Shown: positions 19,292 through 28,913 of the stretch, piece after piece | Position numbering within the stretch: the stretch's first letter is position 1 | How the letters are laid out: the number at the start of each line of letters is the position of its first letter | Assembly (NCBI GenBank): GCA_001770205.1 | Contig: MEQL01000052.1 | Location: 62,001-95,934 of the forward strand | Origin: Bdellovibrionales bacterium RIFOXYD12_FULL_39_22 | GTDB lineage: Bacteria > Bdellovibrionota > Bacteriovoracia > Bacteriovoracales > Bacteriovoracaceae | Direction of reading: 5' to 3' | DNA length: 33,934 nt | Translations under genes and position numbers: made by a program | Notes under the pieces: model-generated | Told to the model about the DNA's origin: nothing | What the model saw: the letters and a program-made list of their open reading frames with translations, nothing else | Database searches by the model: none

Positions 19292-20070
19292 CCGCACTCC
19301 TCTACACCCAAATAGGCCTCGATAACTTTTTTATCACTTTGAATATCTTGAGGAATACCTTCCGCAATTTTTATTCCATGATCTAAAACAAAAATTTTCT
19401 CACAAATTCCCATAACCAATTTCATATCATGCTCGATTAATAAAATAGTAACGTTAAATTTGCTCCGCATTGCTTGAATACTTCTCATCAACTCAATGGT
19501 CTCTTGCGGATTCATCCCTGCGGCCGGCTCATCTAAGAAAATAAGCTTAGGTCTTGTGGCCAAAGCACGAGCAATTTCTAATTTGCGCTGTTCACCGTAA
19601 GGAAGATATCCGGCCTCCACTGCCGCCTTTTTTTCTAGGCCCATAAAGGCCAATAGCTCCATTGCTTGCTGGATAATGGCATTTTCTTCTTCTTGAAATT
19701 TTTTGGTCCGCAAAACGGCACTTGCCATTCCATAAGCGACATGTTGATGCATTCCGACTAAAACATTATCCAACACTGACTGCTCTTTAAAGAGGCGCAC
19801 ATTTTGAAAAGTGCGACTCATCCCTAGCTGAGAAATCTCATATGGCCGCAAACCGTTTAAGCGATTATTATCAAATAAAACATCCCCCTCAGTTGGAAGA
19901 TATACTCCAGTAATTAGATTAAATACGGTTGTTTTTCCCGCCCCATTTGGACCGATGAGGCCCACTAAGTCGCCCGCAAATATTTCTAAATTTAGAGCAT
20001 CAACCGCACGTAGTCCCCCGAATTGGATAGAGACATTTTTAAGCTCAAGCAGCTTTACTTTTTTTTCCAT
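19288..20070 (-). CDS. livG: Branched-chain amino acid ABC transporter ATP-binding protein
   Basis: FGGL.AV, GPNGAGKTT, RTFQN.RLF, LPYGEQR.LEIARAL, LDEPAAGMN, IEHDM, V.EAYLG. ATG 20070; TTG 20088 is an alternative. Confidence 0.95.
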   Translation of the reverse strand: MEKKVKLLELKNVSIQFGGLRAVDALNLEIFAGDLVGLIGPNGAGKTTVFNLITGVYLPTEGDVLFDNNRLNGLRPYEISQLGMSRTFQNVRLFKEQSVLDNVLVGMHQHVAYGMASAVLRTKKFQEEENAIIQQAMELLAFMGLEKKAAVEAGYLPYGEQRKLEIARALATRPKLIFLDEPAAGMNPQETIELMRSIQAMRSKFNVTILLIEHDMKLVMGICEKIFVLDHGIKIAEGIPQDIQSDKKVIEAYLGVEECG

Positions 20071-21028
20071 GCCCAAGTCCCTGTCCAAAAAGTCCGTTTG
20101 GTTTTAAAATCATCAGTAATATAAGTGAAAAAGAATAAATTACCATGCGTAAATCAACTCCAGTAATCTCCTGCAATGGCCGCAAAAGCTCTGGTAACAA
20201 AGTTACAATAATCGCAGCAACAATAGAACCCGTAAGACTACCCATCCCTCCCAACACCACCATGATAACAACATTTACGCTCTGATTAAAACTAAAGGTA
20301 GATGGATTTAGATAGTTGGTATAGTGAGCAAAAAGAGAACCAGCGATGCCGGCCAGAAAACTCGAAATAACAAATGCCCACACTTTCATTCTAGTTACGT
20401 TAATACCCATTGCTTCGCTGGCAACTTCATCTTCTTTAACACTAATTAGTACTCGGCCATGAGAACTATACACTAAGCGATATATTAGAAAAAAGGTAAT
20501 AACCAACCAAAAGGCAGAAACTCCAAAACCGGAAACAAAGCGGCTCAACGTTATTCCAGCAAAAGTGTAATTTACGAAACCAGGAATCCCATAGTAGCCA
20601 CGAGCTCCACCGACTGTTTCTAAATTTAAAAGTACTACTCGAATAATTTCGCCAAAGCCTAAAGTTACAATGGCCAAATAATCACCCTTAAGACGCAGTG
20701 AGGGAGTCCCCACCAACCATCCGGCAAAACCACTTACCATTCCAGCGATTAAACCAAAAATAATAAAGTTTAAAAAATTTAAACTTTCGGGAAAAATTGT
20801 AAAGTGAAAGGCCAAAAATGCTGAGACATAGGCCCCAATGGCCATAAAGCCAGCATGTCCTAAGGAAAACTGGCCCGTGTAACCACTAACAAGATTGAGA
20901 CTCATTGCTAAAATCATATTAACGCAAACGTAGATAATAGTTAGCTGAATGTAGGCATTAACGGAAAATTCAAAGGCCAATCCAACAACAAGCAGCGCGA
21001 GAAAAGTAAGTAGTGGCCTTTTTATCAT
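20045..21028 (-). CDS. livM: Branched-chain amino acid ABC transporter permease
   Basis: GYTGQFSLGHAGF, LRLKGDYLAIVTLGFGEI, VVLGGMGS. Confidence 0.95.
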   Translation of the reverse strand: MIKRPLLTFLALLVVGLAFEFSVNAYIQLTIIYVCVNMILAMSLNLVSGYTGQFSLGHAGFMAIGAYVSAFLAFHFTIFPESLNFLNFIIFGLIAGMVSGFAGWLVGTPSLRLKGDYLAIVTLGFGEIIRVVLLNLETVGGARGYYGIPGFVNYTFAGITLSRFVSGFGVSAFWLVITFFLIYRLVYSSHGRVLISVKEDEVASEAMGINVTRMKVWAFVISSFLAGIAGSLFAHYTNYLNPSTFSFNQSVNVVIMVVLGGMGSLTGSIVAAIIVTLLPELLRPLQEITGVDLRMVIYSFSLILLMILKPNGLFGQGLGHGKKSKAA

Positions 21029-21037
21029 AACAGACTC

Positions 21038-21934
21038 CTAAACCTTATCCACTGAAGATTTCCCCAGAAGTCCCGCGGGCCTAACAACTAAAATTATGAT
21101 CAAAATACCAAATGAGAGCGCATCTCGATAAGTACTAGAGAGATATCCTACTACCATCTCTTCAGATAATCCCATTATTATTCCTCCCAAAACTGCCCCC
21201 GGAATACTACCAATTCCGCCAAGCACGGCCGCCACAAAGGCCTTAAGTCCAATCAACATTCCCATCAGCGGCTCAATCTTTGGATATTTAAGTCCCACTA
21301 AAACACTACCTATTCCGGCCAATGAAGAACCAATTACAAAAGTTATAGCAATAATGCGGTTAACTGGAATACCCATTAGTCCGGCCACTTTAGTGTTCTC
21401 ACTAACTGCCCGCATGGCCCGCCCAGTTTTTGTATAAACGATAATATAACGAAGAACAATCATGGATAAAAAACCCACTGCCAAAATGGCCAAATCGATT
21501 GTGCGAAACCTTACACCGATAATAGAAAAAAGGCCCACATCTTCAATCACACTAGGAAAAAGTTTGGGATCAGCTCCGAAAATTAATTGTCCGGAAAATT
21601 CTAAGAAGAGACTAACACCAATGGCCGTGATTAAAATATTCAACTTCGGGGCCTTGCGCAGCGGACGATAAGCAAAACGCTCAATGGTAAGTGCCAAAAT
21701 GCTACAAAACATCATGGCCGCCAAAATAATAATTAGAAAGCTCATTAGTCCCGGTTTTAAATTTAAAAAACGCTGCGTGTAATAGGCCGCGAAGGCCCCC
21801 ATCATATAGACATCTGAGTGGGCAAAATTAATTAAATTTAAAACACCATAGACCATGGTATAGCCAAGAGCAATCAGTGCATAAATACTGCCCAGGCCAA
21901 TTCCATTAATGATATGCTGTAATAACTCTTGCAT
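21038..21934 (-). CDS. livH: Branched-chain amino acid ABC transporter permease
   Basis: GSIYALIALGYTMVYG..LINFAH, IER.AYRPLR, KAFVAAVLGGIG. Confidence 0.95.
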   Translation of the reverse strand: MQELLQHIINGIGLGSIYALIALGYTMVYGVLNLINFAHSDVYMMGAFAAYYTQRFLNLKPGLMSFLIIILAAMMFCSILALTIERFAYRPLRKAPKLNILITAIGVSLFLEFSGQLIFGADPKLFPSVIEDVGLFSIIGVRFRTIDLAILAVGFLSMIVLRYIIVYTKTGRAMRAVSENTKVAGLMGIPVNRIIAITFVIGSSLAGIGSVLVGLKYPKIEPLMGMLIGLKAFVAAVLGGIGSIPGAVLGGIIMGLSEEMVVGYLSSTYRDALSFGILIIILVVRPAGLLGKSSVDKV

Positions 21935-21941
21935 TATAATA

Positions 21942-23078
21942 TTATGGATTAACAGTAGTTACATATTTAAAATTAGGCCCATCAACCTTCACCACTACTG
22001 CACTCTTAACCGCATTGCGCTGCTCATCCAAAGAAATTTTTCCGGTTACCATTTGAAAATCTTTAGTCTTTGCGATCTCGTCTCTAATGGATTTAGGAGT
22101 TAAATTGGCCGCATTTTGCATTGCCGCGATTAATACCTTGGCAGCATCGTATCCCATCGCCGCCAAACCATCTGGTGTTTCATTAAACTTGGCCTTAAAT
22201 TTATTGATAAAATCTTGTACCATGGGCTCCTGACTTTCGTTGGTATAGTGGTTAGAAAAATAGCTTCCATTGATGGAATCCTGGCCAATCTCTGATAGTT
22301 TTGAACTATCCCAGCCATCTCCCCCTAAAAGCGGAACGGTAATATCCAATTGGCGAGCTTGCCTAGCAATCAAACCAACTTCTGTGTAATAACCAGGAAC
22401 AAAAATGGCATCTGGATTTTTTCCCTTAATCTCTGTAAGTTGTGCTTTAAAGTCAACATCGCCACCTTGATAGCTAACGTCGGCCACAATTTCTCCTCCC
22501 ATCTTCACAAGTGTCTCTGTAAAAAAATTTGCCAATCCAACGCTATAATCCGATTTAACATCGCGTAATACGGCAATCTTTTTAGCGGCCAAATTCTCTA
22601 TTGCAAACTTGGCCATAACCGTTCCCTGAAATGGATCAATAAAGCAGACACGAAAAATATAATCACCGATCTCTGTTACTTTTGGATTCGTTGAAGAAGG
22701 AGTAATCATAGGGATTTGATTTTGCTGCGCAATGGGAGCAGCGGCCAAGGATCTACTGCTTGCGACTTCACCCAGAAGTGCCACCACCTTATTTTGCGTA
22801 ATCAAACGAGTTACCACTTGTGCGGCCTCCTCGGCCTTTCCTTGATCATCAAGGGTAATCACTTTCAAAATCTTACCCTTAATTCCGCCAACTTTATTTA
22901 TCTCTTCTATGGCCAACTGAATCCCTTTATCTGTACTGATACCGAAAGTGGCCTCATTGCCGGTTAAAGAACCAAATTGTCCTATTAAAATTTCATTAGC
23001 ATTTTCTTTCTGACAACCAGTCAAAAAGGCCAATGATAACATAGTAACAAGCACGAACCTGATTAAGTTATCCATCAT
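21942..23078 (-). CDS. livK: Branched-chain amino acid ABC transporter substrate-binding lipoprotein
   Basis: Lipobox LTGC; LTG..A.FG, GEVASS.S, ITPSSTNP, FRVCFIDPFQG, DFKAQLT, GGDGWDS; AGGAG 7 nt before ATG 23078. Confidence 0.92.
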   Translation of the reverse strand: MMDNLIRFVLVTMLSLAFLTGCQKENANEILIGQFGSLTGNEATFGISTDKGIQLAIEEINKVGGIKGKILKVITLDDQGKAEEAAQVVTRLITQNKVVALLGEVASSRSLAAAPIAQQNQIPMITPSSTNPKVTEIGDYIFRVCFIDPFQGTVMAKFAIENLAAKKIAVLRDVKSDYSVGLANFFTETLVKMGGEIVADVSYQGGDVDFKAQLTEIKGKNPDAIFVPGYYTEVGLIARQARQLDITVPLLGGDGWDSSKLSEIGQDSINGSYFSNHYTNESQEPMVQDFINKFKAKFNETPDGLAAMGYDAAKVLIAAMQNAANLTPKSIRDEIAKTKDFQMVTGKISLDEQRNAVKSAVVVKVDGPNFKYVTTVNP

Positions 23079-23158
23079 CACAGATCTCCTCGTTTTTGAT
23101 ATAAAAAAAAACCCAAGTTAAATGGTAGGTTAGATTATTTTCAAGAAATCACAACTTG

Positions 23159-25348
23159 TCAAAATTTATTGTCCAGAAGATGCGTTAGCGCAGAATAGAA
23201 TTCTTGCGTGGATCGAAAAGTTGGAATCCCGTTCCTGATAAAAATTTGGCGATAATCATCATACAATCTTCCCGAATCAACAATTGCCACCACTTTTTTA
23301 TTATACTTCTCGACGATGGCACGAATCGATCTAGCAAATTCAGACGCCTTAGAATTTTGTACCATCAAATCCAGAGTCTCCAAACGATCTGTAAGCGGAA
23401 CGGCCCCTACCACAATAAGATCAACCTTTGTTTGTGCAAAATCTTCAATAAAAGCAAGATAGGCCTTCTCATCTGCCATGGGAGTTACATCAATGGGATT
23501 GGCCGGAGAAACTAATCCTTCTAAACCACATGCCGCAACTGAGGCCGCCAAACGATCCATGGTAACATTATCTAGTTTAAAGAGAAGTTTCTTATCGCCT
23601 AACGCATCTGCACTTGCCACACTCTCATAACCAGCACTAGTAACCACCGCCACCGAATAAATTTTTTTCTGATCAGGATAGGCCCCGGCAAACTTGATCA
23701 TATTTATAAAATCAGCAAAACTCTCAACTACACAAATGCCCGCGCGCGTAAGCACCGCCTTTTGCAAATCATAATCTCCGGCCATTGCCCCGGTATGGCC
23801 GGCGGCGGCCTTCATTCCATCAGCACTTCTTCCGGCCTTATACAAAATAAGATGTTTACCAATAGGTAGATATTCAAGCGCCAACTCTACCAAACGCAAA
23901 ACTTCACCATCTTTAAATCCCTCTATATAAAGTCCCACTACATCAATGGCACTATCTGAAAGCATGGCCTTGGCCATTTGGGAGATCGATAGATCAAGCT
24001 GATTTCCTACACACATACCATATTTGATTTGTAAATCACTCTCGTTAGAAAGACGAGTTATAAAAAAGGCCCCACTCTGACTAATTATTCCGATATTGCT
24101 ACTGCTGGCCGCTTCTCCAAAAACAATCGGCAACTTCTTCTGCGAAATGAAAAGAGTATTCAAAGAAAGTGGCGATAAAACCACCCCTAAACTATTGGGG
24201 CCGATAATGGCCGGAGTCCACATTCCTTTGGCCCTTCGACTATTTAGCAGTTCACGTAATTGTAATCCAAAACTGCCATGGTCAGCGCCATCCCCGATAC
24301 CACCGGCCACAATATAAACAACCTGAGCACCACCATCTTGCACACAAAGATCCATAATTGTTTTAGTTATCAGTGGAGCAGGCAAGGCCAAAATTAGTGC
24401 ATCTACCGGATGCTGCAAAAGTGAAGAGATATCCATATAACACTCCACTCCTTCCATAGATTCTCCATCCGGACGAATTATTTTTATATTTTCTTTGGCA
24501 ATTTTTGATTTTAAAAGATTGGTAAAAATTTTATTCCCAAATGATTCTTTTTTCTTCGATACTCCAGCGATGGCCACTTTTTTGGGAGAAAGGATTGTTG
24601 ATGCATTAACATTTTCCGGCAACCATTCTTTACTATCTAGGCCTTCAATCTCACAATATTGCCCCACTCCATCTAGAGGTAAAATTTTACCATCTTCGCT
24701 AACTGCCACCGGATTAACTTCGATAAACTCAATTTTATTTTTCTCCAAATAGGTCGCAACACTCCATAACTTTTCCAAAAAAGCAAGCATTGCCTCCTCT
24801 TTGATCAATCCACTATTTTGACGAATACCACCTAGCCAAATTTTCCCGGCCAAATGCTGTCGAAATTCTTGTAGTGCCTCGATCGGCGTAGTTGTTTTTA
24901 CGGGCCACATAAGAAGTGGAACACCAACCTCTTTGCTCCACATCTCGGTATAAATCCCTCCTAAACTCATATTAACCACATAACCACATCCACTATCTTT
25001 TTTTATGCTCAAAAAAAGTTCTACTGGTAGCCCATCTTTTTTGGCAAAGGCCATTTTTTCGCAAATTAATGTCTCAATCCAAGAATATTTTTTCTGTAAA
25101 CGCTCTTCCATTTGCGAAGCAATTTGTTCAACAAGCGCAGCAGAAAATGTTTCAAAATGCAAGGCCCCTTCATCTGACTTATGCCATAAATTCTCCGCAA
25201 TACCTTTCACTACAACCTTGGTACCTTCTATAAACGTTGTCTGACCGGTTAATTTTTTTTTACTTTTGATAGCTAAATGCTTTACCACATCAATATTATG
25301 CTCTTTTAGTATGCGATAAACCTCTGTCTCATGAATGAATTTTTTCAC
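23159..25348 (-). CDS. ADP-forming acyl-CoA (acetate-CoA) ligase family protein, ATP-grasp (beta) domain first, CoA-binding/ligase (alpha) domains second
   Basis: N-terminal VVKG...HKSDEG and EVNPV (ATP-grasp); then P..VAIAGVS, IIGPNSLG, ISQSGA, GNQLDL, YIEG, KAGRS, phospho-His motif GHTGAMAG, NPIDVT. Confidence 0.9.
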   Translation of the reverse strand: MKKFIHETEVYRILKEHNIDVVKHLAIKSKKKLTGQTTFIEGTKVVVKGIAENLWHKSDEGALHFETFSAALVEQIASQMEERLQKKYSWIETLICEKMAFAKKDGLPVELFLSIKKDSGCGYVVNMSLGGIYTEMWSKEVGVPLLMWPVKTTTPIEALQEFRQHLAGKIWLGGIRQNSGLIKEEAMLAFLEKLWSVATYLEKNKIEFIEVNPVAVSEDGKILPLDGVGQYCEIEGLDSKEWLPENVNASTILSPKKVAIAGVSKKKESFGNKIFTNLLKSKIAKENIKIIRPDGESMEGVECYMDISSLLQHPVDALILALPAPLITKTIMDLCVQDGGAQVVYIVAGGIGDGADHGSFGLQLRELLNSRRAKGMWTPAIIGPNSLGVVLSPLSLNTLFISQKKLPIVFGEAASSSNIGIISQSGAFFITRLSNESDLQIKYGMCVGNQLDLSISQMAKAMLSDSAIDVVGLYIEGFKDGEVLRLVELALEYLPIGKHLILYKAGRSADGMKAAAGHTGAMAGDYDLQKAVLTRAGICVVESFADFINMIKFAGAYPDQKKIYSVAVVTSAGYESVASADALGDKKLLFKLDNVTMDRLAASVAACGLEGLVSPANPIDVTPMADEKAYLAFIEDFAQTKVDLIVVGAVPLTDRLETLDLMVQNSKASEFARSIRAIVEKYNKKVVAIVDSGRLYDDYRQIFIRNGIPTFRSTQEFYSALTHLLDNKF

Positions 25349-25388
25349 AGAATTAACTCCAATCTATAGGTAAAATGATGTTTATAAA

Positions 25389-25417
25389 ACGGTAATACTC
25401 GCCTCCACATTCGTCAA
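25389..25417 (-). promoter_or_regulatory. Putative sigma70 promoter for the acyl-CoA ligase gene
   Basis: Minus strand TTGACG, 17 bp, TACCGT. Confidence 0.45.
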
Positions 25418-25476
25418 GCGAATGGAGACTGCCAATAATTGCTCATTCCAAAAAAATAATGACATGGTGGATAAAC

Positions 25477-26844
25477 CTAGTCCTGACGAATCCACATATA
25501 GATTGGAAGGCCAAGTAAGATTAATAAAAATCCCGTGCCAGTTTCCACTGGCGTTTGAAAAGTCATAACAATGATGAGAATAACGCAGAAAACGCTGTAA
25601 ATTATAGGAATAATCGATGGAACACGAAAATTTGAATTAGCAGGCCCTGACTGAACAGAGTTTTTTTGCTTTCGCAAAATAAAAATACCGTAAGCGCCTA
25701 GTCCATAGAAAATAAATGAAGCAACGATAAGCATATCAGTTAATTGATCAAAAGTTCCCCACAAAACAAGGACAGATGCCCAAATTGCTTGCGCCACAAG
25801 CGCAAAAGAAGGCGTTTGAAATTTTGGATGTATTTTCTTAAACGGTCTAAAAAAAACTCCATCATCGGCCATGGCATAATAGATTCTCGAAGAAGTTAGG
25901 ATTGAACCATTAGTTGCGCCAAGAGTGGAAACCATAATAAGAATTGAAACAAAAAGTGCCCAGGATGTTCCACTGATTTGATTAATCATTTCGATGGCAA
26001 AGATAGATCCACTCTTCATGGCCATTGGAATAATTTCGTTTACAGGAAGAGCATGAAAAAAAGCAAAATTAGTAATAAGATAAATGGCAAGTACACCTAC
26101 GACACCGACCGTTAGTGCTATTGGAACATTTCGTCTTGCATTTTGAACCTCGCCACCGATAAATCCAACATTGTTAAGGCCATCAAATGCCCAAAAAGCG
26201 CCAAGCATAGCACTGAACATTAGCGGAATAACATTGAATCCAGTTGGGGAATAAATCAAACTTGAATCGAATGAGTTAACTGGGAGAGAAGTTGCGTTAT
26301 ACATCAAAGACAAAACAATAATAATTAAAAGGCCAAGAATTTTCAAAACGGTGAATAGATTCTCAACAACAGCACCAAACAAAAGGCCCAAATAATTAAT
26401 TGTAGTTAGTATTATAATTGTAGCGATGGCCAAAGCTTGTATCTCGAGGCCGTAAAATGAAAATGGAATAACACGAATAGTGGCCTCGGCAAAAACATAA
26501 GCAATGGAAGCGATAGAGGCGGATTGAATCACCGCAAAACATGACCAACCAAAAAAATAAGCGGTTCGTTTTCCATAAATGGCCCGCAAGTAAGCATAAA
26601 GGCCGCCAGTCTGGGCAATACGAGAGGCAATTTCTGCGTAAGTGAGTGCACCAAAAAGGGTGATAAGGCCGGCAACTATCCAACAAATCATCACAAGATT
26701 TTGAGACTGAAGCTTTAAAGTCATTGGCGCAATCTTTTTAAAAATTCCTGAGCCGATGATTGATCCCATTACCATCATTATGGCAGTAAAGAGACCTAAG
26801 CGCGGGGTGAGTCCAATTTGAGGGGTTTGATTTTTTTCGAGCAT
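25477..26844 (-). CDS. APC family amino acid permease (LAT/SteT-like)
   Basis: IIGSGIF, GAL.YAE, GGLY.Y, WAFDG, GEVQN..RNVP, R..YAMA.DG; about 12 TM segments. Confidence 0.93.
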   Translation of the reverse strand: MLEKNQTPQIGLTPRLGLFTAIMMVMGSIIGSGIFKKIAPMTLKLQSQNLVMICWIVAGLITLFGALTYAEIASRIAQTGGLYAYLRAIYGKRTAYFFGWSCFAVIQSASIASIAYVFAEATIRVIPFSFYGLEIQALAIATIIILTTINYLGLLFGAVVENLFTVLKILGLLIIIVLSLMYNATSLPVNSFDSSLIYSPTGFNVIPLMFSAMLGAFWAFDGLNNVGFIGGEVQNARRNVPIALTVGVVGVLAIYLITNFAFFHALPVNEIIPMAMKSGSIFAIEMINQISGTSWALFVSILIMVSTLGATNGSILTSSRIYYAMADDGVFFRPFKKIHPKFQTPSFALVAQAIWASVLVLWGTFDQLTDMLIVASFIFYGLGAYGIFILRKQKNSVQSGPANSNFRVPSIIPIIYSVFCVILIIVMTFQTPVETGTGFLLILLGLPIYMWIRQD

Positions 26845-26849
26845 TGCAC

Positions 26850-26879
26850 ATTGTAAAAGAAATCAACAAAGATCGTCAA
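26850..26879 (-). promoter_or_regulatory. Putative sigma70 promoter directly adjacent to the APC start codon
   Basis: Minus strand TTGACG, 18 bp, TACAAT, ending 5 nt before the ATG. Confidence 0.5.
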
Positions 26880-27035
26880 AGAGAATGAGATCAAATTTTA
26901 TGACTGATTATCAGATAAAATTTAAAATTGACATTGATTTGACGCTAAACTGGCAATAAGCTGACTTAATTTTTTTATTTGCCTATACGATAAGTTATTA
27001 TATGCGGTTATCGCAGCACAATCAAAAGGAGACTT

Positions 27036-27830
27036 ATGAAGATATTTTCTACAAGCTTGATTTTAATGGGACTATTTTTTCTTGGCTGTTCACAAATGCT
27101 AACTAAGGGCCAACTAAAGCAAATGCTCAAAGAGGATCCATCAATATTGACGGAAGCAATCGAAGCTCATCCTGAAGATTTTATTATATCATTACAAAAA
27201 ATCTCACAAACTGCGCGCGCAGCGATGGCCAAGCAGCAAGCTGCTGAGGATAAACAAAAAAGAGAACAAGCGATCATAAGGCCACTCTCTCCAGAAATTA
27301 GAAAGGATGAAGCAGTCAGGGGAACAAGAGGTGCTCCAATAACGCTAGTGGAATATTCTGATTTTGAATGCCCATATTGCAGCAGAGGTTATGCAACTGT
27401 TATGGAGCTACTAAAAAAATATGATGGCAAAATTCAATTTATATTTAAACATTTGCCACTTAGTATACATCAAAATGCAATGATGGCCGCCTCTTATTAT
27501 GAGGCACTTCGTATGCAAAATGAGCAAATGGCATTTAAGTTTCATGATGCTATCTTTCGCGACCAAGGAAAAATGCGAAACGGAGAAGGTTTTTTCAAGG
27601 CCATTGCAAAGCAAATTGGTGCGGATATAAGTAGACTGGCCAAAGATTTAAAGTCAGAAGAAATTAGTGCTCGAATTGCCGCTGATCAGACCGAAGCAAT
27701 TAAAATGGGCCTCGGAGATGGTACTCCAGGATTTTTATTAAATGGAATTCCGGTACAAGGGGCCCAAAATGCTAGCTATTTTATCGAACTCATTGAAGAT
27801 TTGAAGGCGCGAGGAAGAATACAAATATAA
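27036..27830 (+). CDS. DsbA-family thioredoxin-fold lipoprotein
   Basis: Lipobox FLGC; VEYSDFECPYC, KHLPL..H, cis-Pro loop GTPGF; AGGAG RBS. Confidence 0.92.
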   Translation: MKIFSTSLILMGLFFLGCSQMLTKGQLKQMLKEDPSILTEAIEAHPEDFIISLQKISQTARAAMAKQQAAEDKQKREQAIIRPLSPEIRKDEAVRGTRGAPITLVEYSDFECPYCSRGYATVMELLKKYDGKIQFIFKHLPLSIHQNAMMAASYYEALRMQNEQMAFKFHDAIFRDQGKMRNGEGFFKAIAKQIGADISRLAKDLKSEEISARIAADQTEAIKMGLGDGTPGFLLNGIPVQGAQNASYFIELIEDLKARGRIQI

Positions 27831-27854
27831 AATTGAGATGTCAGGGGAAATCCT

Positions 27855-28913
27855 GTGAACCAAAGTGTAGTATATTTTAAAAAGTTAAACAGTAGTACCG
27901 TTCATGAGATCCAAGCAATTTCTCGTGATTTATTAAACCATATTATAAAAGAGCAAAAAATTAAACTGTCCTCAGAGATCCCGCTAAAAGTTCACTTTGG
28001 CGAAAAAGGAAACAAAACTTTTATTCGTCCTGAAAATTACAATGGAATTATTGAATTCCTCAAAGATAAAAATATAAAAAGTTCTTTTATCGAAACCTGT
28101 GTTTTATATGGTGGCCAGCGCTACAAAAAAGAACTGCACTTGAAAACGGCCAGGGAACATGGATTTGATCAACTACCAATCATTATTGCTGATGGAGAAC
28201 ATGGCGAAGACTTTTTTGAAGTAGAGATAAATCAAAAACACTACACCAAGTGCAAACTAGGCAAAGAGTTTTTGAAATATAATCAAATGATTATAGTGGC
28301 ACATTTTAAAGGACATTTACTGGCAGGGTTTGGTGGTGCCATAAAGCAACTTTCTATGGGATTTGCCTCTAAGGGCGGAAAATTGGCAATGCATATGAAT
28401 ATCAAGCCAAAAATAAAAAAAAACAAATGTGAGCAGTGTAAATTATGCAAAACGAAATGTGCTACAAATGCTCTCAACATCGGGCCCAAATCGTATATTG
28501 ACCACAACCTCTGTGTTGGTTGTGGTGCTTGCGTTGCTATCTGTCCACATCAGGCCGTATCTCTCTTCTCAATACCAGGATTCTTGCGCGCTCTTTTTTG
28601 GAATAATTTCCCTGAAAAGCTGGCCGAATATGCACTGGCCGCACAACATGGTAAAAACAACATCTATATAAATTTTTTAATGAATGTTACGCCCGGATGT
28701 GATTGTGAAGGGAGGGCCATGAAATCAGTCGTCGATGATTTTGGTATTTTTATTTCCACCGATCCAGTGGCAATCGACAAGGCCTGCTACGACATTGTTA
28801 AAAGCAAAGGCAAAAAATTTAGAGGCCACTCAATTTTTAATTATGCTGAAAAAATCAAACTCGGTAATCTGAATTATAAACTAATTGAAATAGGCCCTAT
28901 TCAGTCGTGTTGA
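27855..28913 (+). CDS. DUF362 domain protein with 2x[4Fe-4S] ferredoxin insert
   Basis: KVHFGE.GN, IADG, HFKGH..AGFGGAIKQLSMG, CEQCKLCKTKC, CVGCGACVAICP, CDC, S.DPVAID.A. Confidence 0.9.
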   Translation: MNQSVVYFKKLNSSTVHEIQAISRDLLNHIIKEQKIKLSSEIPLKVHFGEKGNKTFIRPENYNGIIEFLKDKNIKSSFIETCVLYGGQRYKKELHLKTAREHGFDQLPIIIADGEHGEDFFEVEINQKHYTKCKLGKEFLKYNQMIIVAHFKGHLLAGFGGAIKQLSMGFASKGGKLAMHMNIKPKIKKNKCEQCKLCKTKCATNALNIGPKSYIDHNLCVGCGACVAICPHQAVSLFSIPGFLRALFWNNFPEKLAEYALAAQHGKNNIYINFLMNVTPGCDCEGRAMKSVVDDFGIFISTDPVAIDKACYDIVKSKGKKFRGHSIFNYAEKIKLGNLNYKLIEIGPIQSC

